In this document: one piece after another, positions 27,705 to 39,871 of the stretch | Position numbering within the stretch: the stretch's first letter is position 1 | How the letters are laid out: each line of letters starts with the position of its first letter | From: Bacilli bacterium | Lineage (GTDB): Bacteria > Bacillota_I > Bacilli_A > RFN20 > CAG-826 | DNA length: 46,666 bases | Assembly: GCA_017542885.1 (NCBI GenBank) | Contig: JAFXWH010000131.1 | Location: 1 to 46,666 of the forward strand | Reading direction: 5' to 3' | The notes under the pieces: generated by a model | Told to the model about the DNA's origin: nothing | What the model saw: the letters and a program-made list of their open reading frames with translations, nothing else | The model's database searches: none | Position numbers and translations under genes: made by a program

Positions 27705-27736
27705 AAAAAAGCCCGACACGACCGCGTCAGGCTTTT
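27705..27736 (-). terminator. Intrinsic terminator after nrdI
   Basis: AAAAAA-GCCCGAC-acgaccgc-GTCAGGC. The A-run on + is a U-run on the minus transcript. Confidence 0.5.
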
Positions 27737-27756
27737 ACCAACAAAGGCGAGTTGAG

Positions 27757-28104
27757 CTATTTGACTAAATCTAAGATGGCTTTGACATCTTCATCGGTTC
27801 CGTCATTCTCGAAATGATAAAGATCCTCTGAGCCATATTTTTCCACGATGGCTTTTCCAGCCCCGCAGAAAGCGTCCCCATAGGATGGATCACCACTGAT
27901 GATGACACCCTTAAGGTTGGACGAGTTGTTGGCAAGGAAGGCTTCGACCTCGGCTGGGATATCCCCATAGCCGTCAGTGTAGGTGATGAGGATGAATTCC
28001 TCATCCGCCACTTCATCGCCGCCTTCGATCTTGGTGGCGTTGATTCCAAGTTTGTTGATCATGGATTCAACGTTTCCGGTTCTTGAAGCGTAATATACAT
28101 TCAT
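27757..28104 (-). CDS. nrdI: Class Ib ribonucleotide reductase flavodoxin-like protein NrdI
   Basis: 115 aa. VYYASRTGNVESMINKLG, FILITYTDGYGDIPAEVEAFL and GVIISGDPSYGDAFCGAGKAIVEKYG...YHFENDGTDEDV align in pattern with Bacillus NrdI. Confidence 0.85.
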   Translation of the reverse strand: MNVYYASRTGNVESMINKLGINATKIEGGDEVADEEFILITYTDGYGDIPAEVEAFLANNSSNLKGVIISGDPSYGDAFCGAGKAIVEKYGSEDLYHFENDGTDEDVKAILDLVK

Positions 28105-28119
28105 TGTTTTTGTTCCTCT

Positions 28120-28137
28120 AGTTAGTTATAGCTAACT
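28120..28137. repeat. Near-perfect 18-bp palindrome AGTTAGTTATAGCTAACT abutting the nrdI ribosome-binding site
   Basis: 8 of 9 positions are complementary. A second imperfect palindrome, GCATATAAGATATACGC, follows at 28138-28154. Confidence 0.5.
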
Positions 28138-28268
28138 GCATATAAGATATACGCTTTGTCTCTCTTTTTCAAACAAGACGATAAAAACTTTTTGCGCGTG
28201 TTAATAATCGTGTGTGGCAGTGTTGTGACGCTTTTTTTACTACAATTTCTCCAAAAAAGGAGATAGCT

Positions 28269-30539
28269 ATGAAGAAACTCTTTTCACGAACCCTTCTTTT
28301 GCTGACCTTGTCAGTCTCTTTGTTTGGTTGCAGTAGCGACAATCCAGAAACCGATGAGATCATCACTAATAACGAAGAATCCACGATCATCAAAGATGCG
28401 AAAAGCACAGATGGCTATTTGGAGAAAAAGGATTACAAGTCAATAGCCTACGCCTATATCTACAAGATCAAGGAAGGCGCAAAGACATATAAATCCCACA
28501 CGACCGGAAGCGTTAAAGCCAAAGTCCTCTTCTTTGACTACGACATCTCTTTCACTAGCCTTACCTACAAGAGCGGAAGCACCTTCTACTCGAAGGATCA
28601 TTCAGTGTCTTCCCTCATGACCGTCGATGGCGAGTACTACATGGTCGATAGAGAGAAGCTCCTTGTTGGATCAGGCTCCGACAAGTATGACGTCTACACC
28701 ACTGAGGAATATCACAAGATCTCCTACACGGTTGATCAATATATGGTCATGGGTTACGTTTTCACTGACAAATCCATCACCAATTCCGAATTGCTTGAGG
28801 ATAAAGGCGAGGTCGTGAAGATCAAATACACCCTCGACAATGAGCTTGGAACCCACCTCGTCAAAAAGGATTTCAAGAATAGCGGAGGCCTCTCCGAATA
28901 TCCGACCTTCAAGAAGGTCAGCATCACTTTGGCGATGAAGAGGGACTTCACCCCTGTCTCCTATTCAATCGATTCGGAGTACACCGCTTCTAAAGCGTTC
29001 CTCGGTTCCACTGACGCCAATCAGACAAGCGAATGCCTCTTCTCAGATGTTGACGGGGAAGTCGCGATTCCTAATGAGGCTTTCTTGTCCGAGAAATTAG
29101 GAGCGGCTCCTAGCAAGATCGACCTCAACGATAAAGAGAAATCCATCAAGACCGAACTCATTGAGGCTTTCGAGAAACTCGACTACCAAAAAGGTGTACA
29201 GGTTGATGGAACCCTTTCCCTCAATCTCATGAATGATCTTCCAATCCAACTCGCGATTGAGGCAAATGCCTTCTTCGACCTAAGCAAGGTCGGCGAAGAG
29301 AACATCTATAACATCATCGGCCTCCACGCGATGTTAGAAGCAGATGATAATTTCGGCTCACTGCTTTCCATCGTCAAGATGATCGCGGCCGATAAGCTTG
29401 GCGAATACGCTTCCTTGCTCGACGGCTTCAAGAAACTTGAGGTCGTCTACGATGGAGAAGGCGAGCTCTATCTCATCCCAACGAACGTGGAAGACGCCAC
29501 AAAGATAGTCGGAAAGATCAAACTGACCGATATCATTAACCTCGTTCTTAGGAACGTTAACCTCGGTTCCATCGTGAACGAGGCTCAAAATGACACCTTC
29601 GTCTACGAAAAGAAAGCGGGAGAAAAAGAAGGCGATTACGTTATTGAGATGAACTTGAGTGAGGAAACATTCAACACCGTCTCCGAGAAAGTTGGGTCCT
29701 TCTTGGACAATCCTGATTACAGCCTTATCAAAACCCTCCTTGGTTATAAGGCCTTCGATTCCATTAAGATCAATGTCTCTGTCGTGAATGGCGCTGTCTC
29801 CTCTGTTGACGCTTCGCTTAACTACCTCAAAGAAGGTTCATCCGAAGAGCCTGATAAGGTTGTGTCCCTCATCACCCTCCATCTCGACTTCTCGAATGTT
29901 GCCTATAGCTTCGGCGACAGACTTGAGAATGCGGCAGGACTCTATGAGTCATACACCGAGATCTTGGATTTGAAAAACCGTTTGAATTCCCTTCTTGACC
30001 ACGTCTACGTCAGCAATGGATATATTGCCGATCTTGATGCTGCGGTTGCGGAATACTCCGGATTAACCGATACGCAGAAAGCCTTCTTCGGACGCGAAGT
30101 CGAAACAGAAGCGGCAAGAATCAAGAACGACGTTCAGAATGTCCTCGCCTTCCTTAGCGTTTTACGCAAATACGATTTGTCTCATTTGGATAACGAGGCC
30201 ATCCTTGGTCTTGCCACCGCTTACTATGGCGCGTCGCTAAACTCGAGCTTGCTCCGTGCCGAGATTAGCGCTGAAGACTATGCCGTTCTCAGCGACCTTG
30301 AGTCCTATGTCGATTATTCAACCTTCGATAGTGCTTTATCCAAGATGGTTGGAGACGATGAAACCGCATGGGGTTTGACTGAAGGTGAAATTGTCGGCAT
30401 CAAACTTCTCATCGATATCTCAAAGGTTGTTTCTTCCGTCAACACGAATCTCTTACTCAAGATGATGATGGCAGGCATTGCGATGACCGTCGATCAGCTT
30501 GAGGCAAAGATTAGCAATCTTTACACGAACTTAGAGTAG
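28269..30539 (+). CDS. Large lipoprotein of unknown function, 756 aa
   Basis: I prefer the ATG at 28269 (AAGGAG RBS 8 nt upstream) over the track start at 28212. Signal and lipobox: MKKLFSRTLLLLTLSVSLFG-C. I recognise no catalytic motif. Confidence 0.7.
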   Translation: MKKLFSRTLLLLTLSVSLFGCSSDNPETDEIITNNEESTIIKDAKSTDGYLEKKDYKSIAYAYIYKIKEGAKTYKSHTTGSVKAKVLFFDYDISFTSLTYKSGSTFYSKDHSVSSLMTVDGEYYMVDREKLLVGSGSDKYDVYTTEEYHKISYTVDQYMVMGYVFTDKSITNSELLEDKGEVVKIKYTLDNELGTHLVKKDFKNSGGLSEYPTFKKVSITLAMKRDFTPVSYSIDSEYTASKAFLGSTDANQTSECLFSDVDGEVAIPNEAFLSEKLGAAPSKIDLNDKEKSIKTELIEAFEKLDYQKGVQVDGTLSLNLMNDLPIQLAIEANAFFDLSKVGEENIYNIIGLHAMLEADDNFGSLLSIVKMIAADKLGEYASLLDGFKKLEVVYDGEGELYLIPTNVEDATKIVGKIKLTDIINLVLRNVNLGSIVNEAQNDTFVYEKKAGEKEGDYVIEMNLSEETFNTVSEKVGSFLDNPDYSLIKTLLGYKAFDSIKINVSVVNGAVSSVDASLNYLKEGSSEEPDKVVSLITLHLDFSNVAYSFGDRLENAAGLYESYTEILDLKNRLNSLLDHVYVSNGYIADLDAAVAEYSGLTDTQKAFFGREVETEAARIKNDVQNVLAFLSVLRKYDLSHLDNEAILGLATAYYGASLNSSLLRAEISAEDYAVLSDLESYVDYSTFDSALSKMVGDDETAWGLTEGEIVGIKLLIDISKVVSSVNTNLLLKMMMAGIAMTVDQLEAKISNLYTNLE

Positions 30540-30550
30540 CCCATTCTCCG

Positions 30551-30585
30551 AAACCCCGCTTCACTCCTAGGCGGGGTTTTTCTTT
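30551..30585 (+). terminator. Intrinsic terminator after the 756-aa lipoprotein gene
   Basis: AAACCCCGC-ttcactcctag-GCGGGGTTT followed by TTCTTT. Confidence 0.7.
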
Positions 30586-30590
30586 GCGAA

Positions 30591-30620
30591 AATAAAAAGG
30601 CTAACGCAAACGCATTAACC
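30591..30620 (-). terminator. Probable terminator after tRNA-Leu
   Basis: Minus strand: GGTTAATGC-gttt-GCGTTAGCC (two G-U pairs) followed by TTTTTATT. Confidence 0.45.
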
Positions 30621-30633
30621 TGTTTTCACTTGA

Positions 30634-30717
30634 TGGTGCAGGATGGGGGACTCGAACCCCCACGGGTTTCCCCATAAGATCCTAAGTCTTACGCGGCTGC
30701 CATTACGCCAATCCTGC
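30634..30717 (-). tRNA. tRNA-Leu (anticodon TAG)
   Basis: Reverse complement: GCAGGAT...GTAAGA-CTTAGGA-TCTTA..., then a long variable arm, then GGGGGTTCGAGTCCCCC-ATCCTGC-A-CCA. 84 nt with an encoded CCA. Confidence 0.9.
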
Positions 30718-30771
30718 AACGCGGTAATAATCCTAACATTGACCCCTTCAAACCTCAATAGAACAGGGACC

Positions 30772-32472
30772 CTATAGGAATCGCTCTATCGGTTCTAATT
30801 GTCTCTTTAGTGGGACATCGTCGTTTTTGATTGGCGATGGTTTTGCGGCAAGAACATAGAAAACAGGGAACATGAACATCGAAGCGTACCTGAAATGCAT
30901 CGTCGAAGTGAATGGGAACTTCATACAGAAATAGACATAATTGACATAGGCCGTTAAGAAGATGATGGCCAAAAGAATCAGCATCGAATAGTTTGCTTTC
31001 TTAAAGCCATGAAACACGAGGGAGAAAAGCTTTGATCCTAGCAAGATGAAGAAAGCAAGGATGGCCATGAGCCAGAAAGTCTGGATGAAGTAAGCACCCT
31101 TACCGACAATCGACAAAGGTCCTTCGCTCCATTCGTCTAAACCACGATCGCCAAATAAGGCGGATTTGAATAAACCCGTCCAGACATTGAAGTCGACATT
31201 GCCATAGCTTGCAGGAACGGTCGCTCCCCAGTCTCTCTTATACGGGGAAGTGAAGAAGTCGGAAGTGAATATGCCGATATAGCGGTTGAAGACACCGAAG
31301 AAAGAGCCGTCGATGTAGTTGCTGCTATATTCGTCTCCTGGATACAGAACGTATCCGAACGGTTCATTGTAGACGACTTTCTGAAAGATCGGCTGCCAAA
31401 GGCCAAGAGGGAAGACGATAAGAGCGAATACGCACATCTGGAAGATGAATTTCTTCACGCCTTCTTTGTGTTTGATCTTCACGATGAGGTCATAAAGGAA
31501 AACGAAGGCAATTGGAACGGCAAAGAGAACGGCGTTGATCTTGCTCATCATTCCTAGGCCCATCGCCACTGCCGTAACAATTAAGTCGAGGAGTTTCTCG
31601 CTTCTGTAATAGCGGAGAGCGAAATATAGAGACATCAAAGCGAACATCAAAGACATCGCGTCGTTGTTGTAGATGAACGGGATATAGGCGTAGAAAGGCA
31701 AGAAACAGAAAAGGAACGTGGCCAAGGTAAGCCTCCATCCTTTTAGGCCTAGCCTTTGGAAGATCTTGTAGGTAAAGAAATAAAGCCAGAAGCCAATCAT
31801 GGCCTGGAAGATCTTTATCGTCTCGAAAGCGAGGTCCATGCGATAGGTGAAATTCGACCATCCTATATTGGCGAAATAAGGTATCGATTCGCTTGAGACA
31901 TCTCCAAAGAAGAAATAATGGAATTTGGCCCAAAGGGTGACGCTATAATGCCAAAGCTTCTGCTGATAATACTGATTGGCGATATCATAGGTCCCATCGA
32001 ATTTCACCGGAGGTTCGGTGAATGGACCTTCATCCCACATATGGACCACGATTTCCCAGTGCGATCCTTGATGGGTTCCGACCCACCAATCGTTTTTGTT
32101 GACCGAGGAATTGACAGGCACCGAGAAGCCGTAATAAATCATCGCGTTCAAAGCGACGAAGATGATGGCTTTTGAGACAGAGGAGAAAGTGATCGTCCTT
32201 CTGGCCGCTTTGTATACGAGATAAACGACTGCAAGTATAGCGGAGCCGCCCATTATCCAGCCGGCGATGAGGTGACCTTTTTCATCTTTATACGCGAAAA
32301 GGGAATCTCCCCAGGAAGGGGTGCCACAAAGAGAGAAGAAATAAATATAGAGATACGCGACGAAAAGAGCGAAATAGACGAGATACCTCCATTTGGACTT
32401 TTTGAAAGAGGAATAGAAGGCCTTTGCTCTATCCCAAAAAAGGGGCATTTTCGAAGATTTGCTCTTTTCCAT
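30772..32472 (-). CDS. Polytopic membrane protein, probable GT-C-fold glycosyltransferase (PMT_2/ArnT-like), ~566 aa
   Basis: More than 10 TM helices with a large aromatic-rich external loop, an arrangement like GT39/GT83 enzymes. The first ATG is at 32472; the track ORF begins at a TTG at 32490. Functional assignment is by architecture only. Confidence 0.45.
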   Translation of the reverse strand: MEKSKSSKMPLFWDRAKAFYSSFKKSKWRYLVYFALFVAYLYIYFFSLCGTPSWGDSLFAYKDEKGHLIAGWIMGGSAILAVVYLVYKAARRTITFSSVSKAIIFVALNAMIYYGFSVPVNSSVNKNDWWVGTHQGSHWEIVVHMWDEGPFTEPPVKFDGTYDIANQYYQQKLWHYSVTLWAKFHYFFFGDVSSESIPYFANIGWSNFTYRMDLAFETIKIFQAMIGFWLYFFTYKIFQRLGLKGWRLTLATFLFCFLPFYAYIPFIYNNDAMSLMFALMSLYFALRYYRSEKLLDLIVTAVAMGLGMMSKINAVLFAVPIAFVFLYDLIVKIKHKEGVKKFIFQMCVFALIVFPLGLWQPIFQKVVYNEPFGYVLYPGDEYSSNYIDGSFFGVFNRYIGIFTSDFFTSPYKRDWGATVPASYGNVDFNVWTGLFKSALFGDRGLDEWSEGPLSIVGKGAYFIQTFWLMAILAFFILLGSKLFSLVFHGFKKANYSMLILLAIIFLTAYVNYVYFCMKFPFTSTMHFRYASMFMFPVFYVLAAKPSPIKNDDVPLKRQLEPIERFL

Positions 32473-32522
32473 ACCGAAAGTATAAGTCAAACGCGCATCG
32501 AATATCCTCTATAATTGTCCTA

Positions 32523-33293
32523 ATGAAAGAAGAAGCCCTCACTTTATATGACTATCTCTCCACCGCCAAAGTCGCGGCGAAGCGGAGAGTCATCAAAGCC
32601 ATCAGACACGGCCTTGCCAAGGTGGATGACAAAGTCATCGATGACCCTAATTTCATCGTGCGCCCATCAAGCAAGATCGAGTTCGAAGGCAAAGAGGTTC
32701 CTTATGTCTACCACTTCGTCATCATGCTCAATAAACCTAAAGGATATATGTCTTCCAGCGTTGATGAGAAATACCCAAGCATCTTTAGGCTCATCCCAGA
32801 GGAACTTAGGGAAAGAGCGATCCTCTCTGGAAGATTAGACCAGGATACTGAAGGTCTTATCCTCTTTAGTGATACAGGAAGACTGACCAATAGACTTGTC
32901 TTGCCTCAGTACGGAGTTAAGAAAGAGTATGAACTCACTCTCGATAAGCCCATAAGCGATGAAGACTTCAAAAACATCACCGAAGTCGGAACCGATTTCG
33001 ATGGGGAGATGATCAAACCGGAGTCTTTGGAAGCGAAAGAAAACAAAAAAGACCTGACTATCGTCCTCTCTCAAGGCAAATACCATGAGATAAAACGCAT
33101 CTTCTTTAGAAGAGGATATAAAGTCGTATCTCTAAGAAGGACGAAGTTCGCTTTCCTTGAACTCGGTGACCTTGAGGTCGGAAAGTACCGATTCCTAGAC
33201 GCTTTAGAGGAAGAGAAACTCTATAATCTCGTCGGCATGGAAAAAGAACAAAAAGTGTTTACAGTCAGCAGAAAGAACACAAACTTGGTTTAA
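32523..33293 (+). CDS. Pseudouridine synthase, RsuA/RluB family, with N-terminal S4 domain
   Basis: I prefer the start at ATG 32523 (MKEEALTLYDYL). Catalytic motif GRLDQDTEGLILFSDTG, plus KEYELTL and GKYHEIKRIF. Confidence 0.85.
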   Translation: MKEEALTLYDYLSTAKVAAKRRVIKAIRHGLAKVDDKVIDDPNFIVRPSSKIEFEGKEVPYVYHFVIMLNKPKGYMSSSVDEKYPSIFRLIPEELRERAILSGRLDQDTEGLILFSDTGRLTNRLVLPQYGVKKEYELTLDKPISDEDFKNITEVGTDFDGEMIKPESLEAKENKKDLTIVLSQGKYHEIKRIFFRRGYKVVSLRRTKFAFLELGDLEVGKYRFLDALEEEKLYNLVGMEKEQKVFTVSRKNTNLV

Positions 33294-33296
33294 TTC

Positions 33297-33325
33297 TTGC
33301 CTACAATTTTGAGAGGTTGTATATT
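33297..33325 (+). promoter_or_regulatory. Candidate promoter for tRNA-Ile/tRNA-Val
   Basis: TTGCCT, 17-nt spacer, TATATT, ~45 nt upstream of tRNA-Ile. Confidence 0.45.
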
Positions 33326-33369
33326 ATTAGAGCGCTTTCGGAAGACTATGTCGGAAAACGCACGATTGT

Positions 33370-33446
33370 GGGCCTTTAGCTCAGCTGGTTAGAGCGCACG
33401 CTTGATAAGCGTGAGGTCGATGGTTCAAGCCCATTAAGGCCCACCA
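33370..33446 (+). tRNA. tRNA-Ile (anticodon GAT)
   Basis: GGGCCTT-TA-GCTCAGCTGGTTAGAGC-G-CACGC-TTGATAA-GCGTG-AGGTC-GATGGTTCAAGCCCATT-AAGGCCC-A-CCA. Confidence 0.93.
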
Positions 33447-33491
33447 TTCTGCTAATTGAGCTCCGAGCGTTCGGAGCTTATTTATTTAGGA

Positions 33492-33566
33492 GGGTGTTTA
33501 GCTCAGCGGGAGAGCGCTTCCTTCACACGGAAGAGGTCGTAGGTTCGACACCTATAACACCCACCA
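33492..33566 (+). tRNA. tRNA-Val (anticodon CAC)
   Basis: GGGTGTT-TA-GCTCAGCGGGAGAGC-G-CTTCC-TTCACAC-GGAAG-AGGTC-GTAGGTTCGACACCTAT-AACACCC-A-CCA. Confidence 0.92.
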
Positions 33567-33591
33567 CTTCATATCCAAATGGGCCGGTGGC

Positions 33592-33663
33592 TCATTTTCT
33601 TTTGTCCTCTCTTTCTTTGCCAAAGAGGTCATTTTGTCCTCTCTTGCTTTACAGCAGAGGTCA
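33592..33663 (+). repeat. Imperfect tandem duplication (~35-40 nt units) upstream of the HTH-MNT gene
   Basis: The core TTTTGTCCTCTCTT occurs at 33600-33613 and 33632-33645, 32 nt apart. Each unit ends ...AGAGGTCA and can fold as CCTCT...AGAGG. Confidence 0.6.
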
Positions 33664-33693
33664 ATACTGCTATGTTTAGTCCAGGTGATAAAC

Positions 33694-34173
33694 ATGACTT
33701 TAAGAGAAACAAGAACGTCCTTTAACTTATCGCAGAAAGAAGCTGCATCAATCGTTGGCGTCCCTGTTAGGACCTTTAGAAGATACGAATTGGATGAAAA
33801 CCACGGCAGCGCCCTAATGCGCCAAAGCTTCATCAATATCCTAAAAGAAAAATGCGAAATTTCAGAAAAATCAGGCCTTCTCACAATAGATGTCATTAGG
33901 GAGGGTTTGAAGACGCTATTAGACAACCAATATGAGGGCGAGGTCGATTTCTGTTACCTCTTTGGTAGTTATGCCAAAGGATATGCGACCGAAACCAGTG
34001 ACGTTGACCTTTGTGTCTCGACATCTTTAACCGGCATGCGAGTGGCTGGTTTAGCGGAAGCCATAAGAAGTGTTTTGCACAAAAAGATAGATCTTATAAG
34101 GTTAGATGCACTTAAGGGCAACCTAGAACTCATTGGCGAAATCCTGAAAGATGGCGTCAAGGTCTATGGATAA
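33694..34173 (+). CDS. MNT-type nucleotidyltransferase antitoxin (MntA-like) fused to an N-terminal XRE-family HTH, 159 aa
   Basis: I prefer the start at ATG 33694 (AGGTGA RBS). HTH: LSQKEAASIVGVPVRTFRRYE. Minimal nucleotidyltransferase motif: FGSYAKGYATETSDVDLCV (GSx9-10-SDxD). Confidence 0.8.
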   Translation: MTLRETRTSFNLSQKEAASIVGVPVRTFRRYELDENHGSALMRQSFINILKEKCEISEKSGLLTIDVIREGLKTLLDNQYEGEVDFCYLFGSYAKGYATETSDVDLCVSTSLTGMRVAGLAEAIRSVLHKKIDLIRLDALKGNLELIGEILKDGVKVYG

Positions 34174-34501
34174 TAAGAAAGGCGACAAATATTACGCGCA
34201 AAAGGCAATCGAAAGCATAACCACGATACAAAGATATATAAGCGGCAAAAGCTATGAAGAGTTTTTGTCAGACGAAGAACTGATAGATGCTGTGATGTTT
34301 AGGCTTATCCAAACAATAGAAAACATTAAGAACATCTCAGCTGCTTTTAAAGAAAACAATCCTCAAATACCTTGGGGAGACATAATCGGTTTTAGAAACG
34401 GGATCGTTCACGAATATGGGAAAACCGATTTTTTAACCGTTTACGAAACGGCCGCTAACGATATCGGCCCCTTAAAAGAAGCGCTTCAGATAATAGAGTA
34501 G
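34151..34501 (+). CDS. HEPN-domain (DUF86) toxin, HepT-like, 116 aa
   Basis: Rx4H motif in GFRNGIVHEYG. It overlaps the MNT gene by 23 nt, or by 8 nt if the start is ATG 34166. Confidence 0.8.
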   Translation: MASRSMDNKKGDKYYAQKAIESITTIQRYISGKSYEEFLSDEELIDAVMFRLIQTIENIKNISAAFKENNPQIPWGDIIGFRNGIVHEYGKTDFLTVYETAANDIGPLKEALQIIE

Positions 34502-34834
34502 TTAAAATTTTTTGTCTGCCTTGCTAGAAGATCCTCTTTTTAATACCTATTTGCAAAAAGTAGCATTATTTTTAGAAAATACCTTAATTATTTATTAGGT
34601 AACTTTAGTTTACATATTGTTGTTTACGTTTCCTTTATTATCCTTATTAATATATAAATACTATGTATATTCGATAAATTTTCATTTACAAATAAGCAAT
34701 CAAGCATATAATACATGTTGGCAACTTAAGGTTGCATTAAAGGATTGAGTATGATTGGCTTCAAGGCTTCTACACGTTAGAAACACCTTGGGCCTTACTA
34801 CCCCTTTTTTCTTTTTTGAGAAGGAAACGCGAGT

Positions 34835-36435
34835 ATGAAGTACATCTTTGTCACCGGTGGTGTTGTCTCTGGTTTAGGAAAAGGCATCACCGCTGCATCG
34901 CTTGGCCGTTTGCTCAAACAGCGCGGCCTCAAGGTCATCTCCCAGAAGCTTGACCCATATATCAATGTCGACCCAGGCACCATGTCCCCATTCCAGCATG
35001 GTGAGGTCTTCGTCACCGATGACGGTGCGGAAACCGACCTTGACCTTGGCCACTACGAGAGATTCATCGACGAAAGCCTTAACAAGTACTCGAATCTCAC
35101 GACCGGTAAGGTCTATTGGAATGTCCTTCGCAAAGAAAGAGAAGGCAAATATCTTGGTGAGACCGTTCAGATCATTCCTCATATCACCAACGAGATTAAG
35201 AGATTCATCTATTCCGTCGGTTCAAAAGCCGATGCCGATGTCGTCATCACTGAGATCGGCGGCACCGTCGGTGATATCGAATCACAGCCATTCATTGAAG
35301 CTATCCGTCAGGTCGCTCTAGAGAATAAGAAAGAAGACGTTTGCTTCATCCACGTTTCCCTCGTTCCCTATATCTCTGGTTCCGATGAATATAAGACCAA
35401 GCCAACCCAGCACTCCGTGAGAGAGCTCCAAGGCAACGGAATCACCCCTAACATCGTCGTTGCAAGATGCGACGACCATCTCCCAGATCACCTCAAGGAG
35501 AAACTTTGCTTATTCTGCAACCTCAAACCAGACTGCATCTTCGAGAGCACGACCGTCAAATCCCTCTACGAAGCTCCAATCATGCTCGAGAACCAAGGAT
35601 TCTCTGAGATCGTTTGCCGTGAGCTTAACCTCGAGACCAAGCCAATCGACCTCAGCCATTGGCATGATCTCCTTAACCGCATCCACAACAGAAGCAAGAC
35701 CGTCAGAATCGCCCTTGTTGGCAAATACGTCGGACTCCATGACGCTTATCTTTCCGTCAAAGAGGCCCTTCACCATGGCGGCTATGAAAGCGACGCCCAC
35801 GTAAGCATCTCCTGGACCGATTCCGAGACCATCACGGAAGAGAACGTTAATGAGATCTTCAAAGACGTTCAGGGCATCATCGTCCCTGGCGGATTCGGAA
35901 ACCGTGGCATTGAGGGCATGATCCTCTCCGCCAAATACGCCAGAGAAAACAACATCCCATATTTCGGCATCTGCTTAGGCATGCAGATCGCCGCCATCGA
36001 ATTCGCCAGGAACGGACTTGGCTATAAAGACGCCCACTCCACCGAATTCGATTCAAATACCAAGCACAAGATCATCGACTTCATGCCAGACCAGTCTGAG
36101 ACGATTGAGAAAGGTGGAACTATGCGTTTAGGCGCTTATCCTTGTATCCTTAAAGAAGGATGCAAGCTTGCTGAATGCTACGGCACCAAGACCATCTCAG
36201 AAAGACACCGTCACCGCTACGAGTTCAATAACGAATACCGTGACGAGTTCGTCAAAAACGGCATGGAGATCGTCGGCACTTCCCCAGACAACCGTCTCGT
36301 GGAGGCCATCGAGTACACCAAAAACGATTTCTATGTGGGAGTTCAGTTCCATCCGGAATTCAAATCCCGCCCAGATAAAGCGCATCCGATCTTTAAGGAA
36401 TTCATCACGGCTGCGACCAAAGTTAAAAGGAGCTA

Positions 36436-36436
<1 letters not shown>
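34835..36436 (+). CDS. pyrG: CTP synthase
   Basis: [19 protein letters not shown]-terminus, GICLGMQ glutamine amidotransferase cysteine, HRHRYEFN motif. Confidence 0.97.
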
Positions 36437-39803
<3,367 letters not shown>

Positions 39804-39871
39804 GTTGTCGCCAAAAATATATCGGTTTTGCTAAGGATTTAGCGAAATCCAGATAAAAAAGGAAGCCATTT

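Noticed and set aside
28212-28268. N-terminal extension of the 775-aa track ORF (MWQCCDAFFTTISPKKEIA...)
   Set aside because: The internal ATG at 28269 has a strong AAGGAG RBS and yields a canonical lipoprotein signal peptide. The extension has neither.
33494-33679. 61-aa ORF
   Set aside because: It starts inside tRNA-Val and runs through the tandem-repeat region, so the tRNA and repeats explain the sequence.
33567-34834. att-site duplication of the tRNA-Val 3' end flanking the TA module
   Set aside because: I searched by eye for a repeat of the tRNA 3' segment (TTCGACACCTATAACACCCACCA) downstream of the HEPN gene and found none.
39804-39871. glmS ribozyme upstream of glmS
   Set aside because: The intergenic gap is only 68 nt, too short for the ribozyme core, and I saw no matching conserved segments.
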